Shown: one piece after another, positions 59,358 to 64,000 of the stretch
Numbering within the stretch: position 1 is the first letter of the stretch
How the letters are laid out: the number at the start of each line of letters is the position of its first letter
Source: Candidatus Moraniibacteriota bacterium
GTDB lineage: Bacteria > Patescibacteriota > Minisyncoccia > Moranbacterales > UBA11712
Assembly: GCA_028695025.1 (NCBI GenBank)
Contig: JAQVJV010000001.1
Location: forward strand, 21,201-85,200
Length of the DNA: 64,000 nucleotides
Direction: 5' to 3'
The notes under the pieces: model-generated
Told to the model about the DNA's origin: nothing
What the model saw: the letters and a program-made list of their open reading frames with translations, nothing else
Databases searched by the model: none
Translations under genes and position numbers: made by a program

Positions 59358-60698
59358 CTAATGATAAACAATCATCTGATCAATCGTCGTTCCGCTTCCG
59401 TAGAGGGCACCGACATACGCGCGGGTCGAGTCGAGATATATGTTTGATCCCCAATAAGGATCGTGCACCACATATTCTCCTTTTTTGTCCTTTCCGTGGA
59501 TCACCACATAGTGCCCCGCTCCCCTTTTGGTCGACTTCACAAAAACAATCACCGGATTATCATCTTTCAATTCATCGTCTATCACGTCCCAATCAACGTT
59601 TCCGTGATAAGTCGTGGAAGACAGCTTCACTCCCTTCCAGGCATTCGGCCAGACGATCAGGTCATGATAGAAAATCGGCTGGTCGGCGAGCGTCCCGGGA
59701 TCGATATTCACCCCGTGATATTTGAGCACCATTGAAAGAGCCGTCACCGCGCAACCATAGCTCTTCATGAGCGTGTTGGAATATCCAATCGTCTGATTAG
59801 CCCAGCGCTTGTCTTTTTGGGAAAAGTACCAACTGGCTGAAGCGAGTCCAGAAGCCGGCTTTTTGATGTTGGCTTCGACTTCCGCAAGAGCGTCACTCCT
59901 CTCCGAACTCAACTCTTCAATGTCGCCCAAGAGTTCCTGCTTCTCCTGCTCCACCCGTTCAAGGAGATCTTGGTATTTTTGCTCCTGTCCTTGCGTGTCA
60001 ACCAGGAGTTGCCTTCTCGAAGATTTCTCCGAATCAAGCGAAAGCTTTTTTTGGGTGGCATCCCCCCGCTGTTTTTTTTGTTCGTCGTTTTTGAACTCCA
60101 AATCTTTTTTCGCCTGTGCCAGGCTGTCCTGGGCGTCCTTGATTGAATTCAGCATTTCATCGACTCTGGAGCCGGTTTGGGAAATATATTCCGTCTGGTT
60201 CATGAAGTCGGAAAAACTGGAGTTTTTGAGAAGCATTTCCGTGAGCGTGTCCTGATCATTTTCATAGAAAGACTGCAAAAGCTGGCCGAGGATTACTTTT
60301 TGTCCGTCAATTTCTTTTTGCTTTTCCCGAATTTGGGAACTCAAGCCGTCAATGTCCTGCTGGTTTGCGTCGATGTTCTTTTGGATTTCATTGATACTGC
60401 TTTCAAGCGATGATATTTGGGTTTCCATCAACTGGATCTGGTTCTGAAGCGCGCCTTCTTTGTTTTGGTTGACTTTGATCATTTGGCGATAGCTTGCCGC
60501 CTTTTGTTCCAATTCGTCTATTTGCTCCTGCTTCTCTTCAATTTCTTCTTGGTTGGTATCATCAGCCAGGACTTTGCTTTCTATAAAAAATACAAAAATA
60601 AAAATAAAAAACAAGTACAAAAACCCTGCCGCGTAACGACTCCAGATTTTCGGCTGCAGACTTTCGACTTTTGACTTTTTATATTTGTATTTGCTCAT
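59358..60698 (-). CDS. Membrane-anchored coiled-coil protein with a C-terminal C39-like (papain-fold) cysteine peptidase domain
   Basis: An N-terminal TM helix, about 250 aa of coiled coil (heptad-rich Q/E/K), and a C-terminal domain with the Cys motif (MKSYGCAVTALSMVLKYHG) and His-rich segments (HYVVIHGKD, VVHDPYWG). Confidence 0.5.
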   Translation of the reverse strand: MSKYKYKKSKVESLQPKIWSRYAAGFLYLFFIFIFVFFIESKVLADDTNQEEIEEKQEQIDELEQKAASYRQMIKVNQNKEGALQNQIQLMETQISSLESSINEIQKNIDANQQDIDGLSSQIREKQKEIDGQKVILGQLLQSFYENDQDTLTEMLLKNSSFSDFMNQTEYISQTGSRVDEMLNSIKDAQDSLAQAKKDLEFKNDEQKKQRGDATQKKLSLDSEKSSRRQLLVDTQGQEQKYQDLLERVEQEKQELLGDIEELSSERSDALAEVEANIKKPASGLASASWYFSQKDKRWANQTIGYSNTLMKSYGCAVTALSMVLKYHGVNIDPGTLADQPIFYHDLIVWPNAWKGVKLSSTTYHGNVDWDVIDDELKDDNPVIVFVKSTKRGAGHYVVIHGKDKKGEYVVHDPYWGSNIYLDSTRAYVGALYGSGTTIDQMIVYH

Positions 60699-60703
60699 AT
60701 TGG

Positions 60704-62182
60704 CTAATTTTTCAGGGAAGCGATGGCTTGTTCGATTCTTTCCATGCTTTCATTTTTCCCAACCACCCACGCCACTTCCCAAGGCGAAGGACTTTTTTTC
60801 TCTCCGGTGAGTGCCACCCGGAGCGGCCACAGGAGCGCTCCCCTGTCTTTTGGATCAGCTGAAGCCATCAACTTGTTTTTTATATCTTCCAACTCCCAAT
60901 TCTCTTCGCTTATAGCATCCAATATTTCCCGAGACTTATTCAGAGATTTTTCGAGATCTTCACTGCCCATACTTTTCCATTTCAAGAGATCAGCATCTGG
61001 TTTCGGAGTATCAAAATAAAATTGAGTTCCTTCAGCGATATCCGACAATTTCTTCATCCGTTCTTTTTCGACTTGGATAATTTTTTTGAGATGTTCGTCC
61101 GACAAGCTATTATTGTATTTTTTAAGATACGGACGGCAGAGTTTTGCGAGTTCGCCATCATCTTTTTGGCGGATATAATACCCATTCATCCAATCCAATT
61201 TTTCCTGGTCGAATATCGCGCCGGCTTTGTTGAGTTTTTCAAGATCAAAGGCCGCTGACATCTCGTCGAGCGAAAAAATTTCCTGCTCCGTTTTCGGATT
61301 CCAGCCAAGAAGAGCGATGAAATTCACGACTGCTTCCGGAAGATAGCCCTTTTTTTTGAAATCTTCGACGCTCACGTCTCCGTCTCTTTTTGACAGTTTT
61401 TTCCTGGTATTCTTGTTGAGGATGACGCAAAGATGCGCGTACTGCGGCGGTTTCCATCCGAATGCTTCAAAAAGCAAAATATGTTTCGGCGTGCTCGGAA
61501 GCCACTCCTCTCCTCTGAAAACCAGGGTTGTCTCCATGAAATGATCATCGACCACGTGCGCCAAATGATAAGTCGGAAATCCGTCAGATTTAAGAAGAAC
61601 AAAATCGTCAAGATTCTTATTGGAAAAAAAGATTTTTCCGCGGACCGCGTCTTCAAAACTTATCTCCCCTGTTTCCGGAACATCGAAGCGGATCACGTAT
61701 TTCTCGCCGGCTTTGATTTTTTGTTCGGCTTCTTCGCGCGAGTAGGTTTTGAGGCAAAGCTTGTCGTAGGCCGGCGCCAGCTTGGCTTTCTCTTGTACCG
61801 CCCGCAGGCTGTCCAATCTTTCCGGCGTGCAGAAACAATAATAGGCCTTGCCTTTTTTCACCAATTCATGCGCGTATTTTTGGTACAGCTCAAGCCGCTC
61901 GGATTGCATATAGGGGCCGAATTCGCCTTTTTGCCTTATGCTCCCTTTTTCGTCAAGGACAATCCCCTCTCCATTTTCCACGCCGGCCCATTCAAGCGAT
62001 TCGACCAATTTTTCCACCGCGTCCGCCACCAGCCTCTTTTGGTCAGTATCTTCAACGCGAAGAAAATAATCTCCCCCGGTTTTTTTGGCATAGAGAAAAT
62101 TATAGAGAGCCGTTCGCAGGCTTCCGATATGCAAGTATCCGGTTGGGCTGGGCGCAAAACGCACCCGTGGTTTTTCAGCCAT
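60704..62182 (-). CDS. gltX: Glutamyl-tRNA synthetase
   Basis: HIGS motif (RFAPSPTGYLHIGSLRTALYN), KMSKS-type KLSKR, and a class I GluRS-type catalytic domain. Confidence 0.9.
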   Translation of the reverse strand: MAEKPRVRFAPSPTGYLHIGSLRTALYNFLYAKKTGGDYFLRVEDTDQKRLVADAVEKLVESLEWAGVENGEGIVLDEKGSIRQKGEFGPYMQSERLELYQKYAHELVKKGKAYYCFCTPERLDSLRAVQEKAKLAPAYDKLCLKTYSREEAEQKIKAGEKYVIRFDVPETGEISFEDAVRGKIFFSNKNLDDFVLLKSDGFPTYHLAHVVDDHFMETTLVFRGEEWLPSTPKHILLFEAFGWKPPQYAHLCVILNKNTRKKLSKRDGDVSVEDFKKKGYLPEAVVNFIALLGWNPKTEQEIFSLDEMSAAFDLEKLNKAGAIFDQEKLDWMNGYYIRQKDDGELAKLCRPYLKKYNNSLSDEHLKKIIQVEKERMKKLSDIAEGTQFYFDTPKPDADLLKWKSMGSEDLEKSLNKSREILDAISEENWELEDIKNKLMASADPKDRGALLWPLRVALTGEKKSPSPWEVAWVVGKNESMERIEQAIASLKN

Positions 62183-62195
62183 ATGCGTAAAAAAT

Positions 62196-62912
62196 TTAAT
62201 CGTTCATAAGAGCTGTTATCGGAAAAATAATGACGGCGTTCGCGATCCGGTGGATCCTTTTCGGCTCTTGGACTAACCGCCAAAGCCACTCAAATCCCAG
62301 TGAGCGCCAAACTTGTGGTGCCCGGCGAATTTTTCCGGTCAGAAAATCAAACGTTCCCCCGACGCCCACGAATATTTTTGCCTTTGGAAATTTCTCCCGA
62401 TTTTCGGCAATGAATTTTTCCTGATCAGGCGCTCCAAAATTCACGAGAACTATTTCAGCTTTTTTAATTATACCATTTTCGAAGAAGTTTTGGCCAGTGT
62501 CGAAATATATTGATCTTGCGGGAATATTTGGATACTTCTTTTCAAGGCTTTTTTCAATTTCTTCCGGCGAACTTAAGCTGTTTCGGGAAACTATGGCCAA
62601 TATCTGATATTTTTTTTGGCTGGCCAATCCTAGCAAAAAATCAACCAGGTCAGCCCCGGCCCAGCGATTTTTGATTCTTTTTTCCTTGAAAAAACTCACT
62701 AATTTCAAGCCAAAACCGTCACAGATATTGAGATCCGCTTGATTAAGAATTTTTTTATAACCCGCATTTTGGTGAGCTTTAAGGAGAATTTCCGGATTGA
62801 GCGTGGCGGCAAAAATCGAGCCTTCTCCACTTTCAAGCATTTCTGCCAATCTTTCTTCCAGATCTTCAATCGCGTAATCGTCAATTCTGATGCCGAGGAT
62901 ATCCATAGTCAT
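62196..62912 (-). CDS. WecB/TagA/CpsF-family glycosyltransferase (GT26)
   Basis: TLNPEILLKAH...NICDGFGL and a C-terminal FEWLWRL motif are typical of the WecG/TagA family. Confidence 0.7.
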   Translation of the reverse strand: MTMDILGIRIDDYAIEDLEERLAEMLESGEGSIFAATLNPEILLKAHQNAGYKKILNQADLNICDGFGLKLVSFFKEKRIKNRWAGADLVDFLLGLASQKKYQILAIVSRNSLSSPEEIEKSLEKKYPNIPARSIYFDTGQNFFENGIIKKAEIVLVNFGAPDQEKFIAENREKFPKAKIFVGVGGTFDFLTGKIRRAPQVWRSLGFEWLWRLVQEPKRIHRIANAVIIFPITALMND

Positions 62913-62913
62913 T

Positions 62914-63984
62914 TCACTCTATGTCCGCTTGATATATGGCCGGCGCGTCCGATTTCCCGTCAGCGTGGATTTCCGAACCGTCGGCGGCATAAACTCCGAA
63001 AGTGATCTTATTGTCGCCCGGATTGATATTGGTGAGATCTATTTCGATGTTTTTTTTCTGTTTTATGGAAGTTATATACTGGCTGAAAACCTCCCGCCCA
63101 TTAAAAAGAACTTTGATTCCCATCGGTTTTGGAAGTTTCAAATTGAAACTGAAACGGCCGTCCATCAATCCTCCGGCCATATTGACCAGATTGAGCTCGG
63201 CTCCGCTTTCGGCATAGCGCTTCGCCCCACCCTTGGCCGTACTCTTTCCCACCCAATGATCTTTGGACGGAAACGCCAAAAACATATGGCTCGGCATTTT
63301 GGAGCGGTCGACCTGGCAGGCGTAGAGGTATTCGTCTTCGTAGGTATCCGAGCATTCGATGACGCTTGAGATATACGCCTTCATCGGATAAATCATATCC
63401 CGATCGCCCTCTTCCGGGTTGCCTTTGAGAGCTTGCTTGTCAAGGATTATATATCGGACATCGTAATATTTCAAAATTTCATTGGCAATGTCATAATAAG
63501 AGCTTTTCATGATATCTGAATTATTCCTGTCTTCTTCATCCGGAACATCATAGAGCAAATCACGGATAATCGGGGTATTTTCTTGGAAGAGATAGGCTTC
63601 TTTATTTACACGGGCAAAATCGTAGCTGTTGAGGGTGTTTTTCCGATGGATGCTTTTCCAAACCAGATCCCGCGAAGCAAAACTGTAGCTTGTGCTTCCC
63701 GGAACTTCGATCACACTATATTTTTCCTTATCCTGCCCCAATTTTTCGTAAAAAGAAGAATGAAGAAGCGAGTTCGTCTCAAGCGGAACAGCCAAAAATT
63801 CAACGGCGACAACAAAAGTGATCATTGGATAAAATATAACTCTAAATTTATTTTTACGAGAATTATCCGGGTTATCTCCCTCCCCTGCATTATCACTGCC
63901 TTTTTTATTTTTAGTTTTTAGATTTGATATTTTAGATTCCGCGTAGGCCATACCCCAAGCCGCAAGCACGGAAAAGCCAAGCAT
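62914..63984 (-). CDS. Hypothetical protein, probably the C-terminal part of a larger membrane protein continuing beyond the window end
   Basis: The ORF is open to the window edge. A hydrophobic segment lies near the listed start and a large soluble domain follows. No motif recognised. Confidence 0.3.
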   Translation of the reverse strand: MLGFSVLAAWGMAYAESKISNLKTKNKKGSDNAGEGDNPDNSRKNKFRVIFYPMITFVVAVEFLAVPLETNSLLHSSFYEKLGQDKEKYSVIEVPGSTSYSFASRDLVWKSIHRKNTLNSYDFARVNKEAYLFQENTPIIRDLLYDVPDEEDRNNSDIMKSSYYDIANEILKYYDVRYIILDKQALKGNPEEGDRDMIYPMKAYISSVIECSDTYEDEYLYACQVDRSKMPSHMFLAFPSKDHWVGKSTAKGGAKRYAESGAELNLVNMAGGLMDGRFSFNLKLPKPMGIKVLFNGREVFSQYITSIKQKKNIEIDLTNINPGDNKITFGVYAADGSEIHADGKSDAPAIYQADIE

Positions 63985-64000
63985 CGACCAGACAAAAAAC

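Overview
This window reads as a gene-dense, low-to-moderate GC bacterial chromosome segment. Coding switches strand in blocks and intergenic spacers are short. Many adjacent genes overlap by 1-4 nt, including ATGA and TAATG junctions.

Most of the window is housekeeping: lepA, prfB with its programmed +1 frameshift, ftsE/ftsX, groES, fmt-def, priA, glyA, folD, rplI, pyrG, rpmA, pyrH, iscS/iscU, gltX, murJ, and three tRNAs (Thr-CGT, Gly-CCC, Gln-CTG).

Interleaved with these is a very large cell-surface glycan assembly repertoire. It includes a WbaP-like priming sugar transferase, a Wzz-like co-polymerase, a Wzx-like flippase, an O-antigen-ligase/polymerase-like protein, an LCP transferase, a WecG/TagA-like GT26, two GT2s and about eight GT4 glycosyltransferases, plus a DUF4012 membrane protein.

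The overall gene content (GT4-rich envelope loci, DUF4012, a DUF5652-like small membrane protein, solitary groES, minimal IscS/IscU) is what I would expect from a small-genome lineage such as Patescibacteria/CPR. That is an inference, not a determination.

The most interesting features are:
- An AT-rich accessory block at about 52.3-56.8 kb. It holds a CYTH-domain gene with a conserved roughly 50-nt leader, a TPR-like gene, a Pif1-family helicase, a second copy of the leader fused to an internally deleted 17-codon CYTH remnant, and a 393-aa protein of unknown function. A Cas4-like PD-(D/E)XK/Fe-S nuclease gene lies immediately upstream. This looks like a duplicated or recombining cassette structure of unknown, possibly conflict/defence-related, function.
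- Short GC-rich palindromic repeat elements present both intergenically and as apparently in-frame insertions inside a P-loop kinase gene and a GT4 gene, reminiscent of Rickettsia-type palindromic elements.
- Three perfect or near-perfect heptanucleotide x4 tandem repeats embedded in lepA, priA and a GT4 gene.
- A PriA homolog whose Walker A and DExH motifs are both degenerate.
- Several sigma70-type promoters that abut start codons, implying leaderless mRNAs for rplI, lepA, iscS and prfB.
- A maf gene split by a frameshift in an A9 homopolymer.

No CRISPR array, integrase or transposase was recognised.
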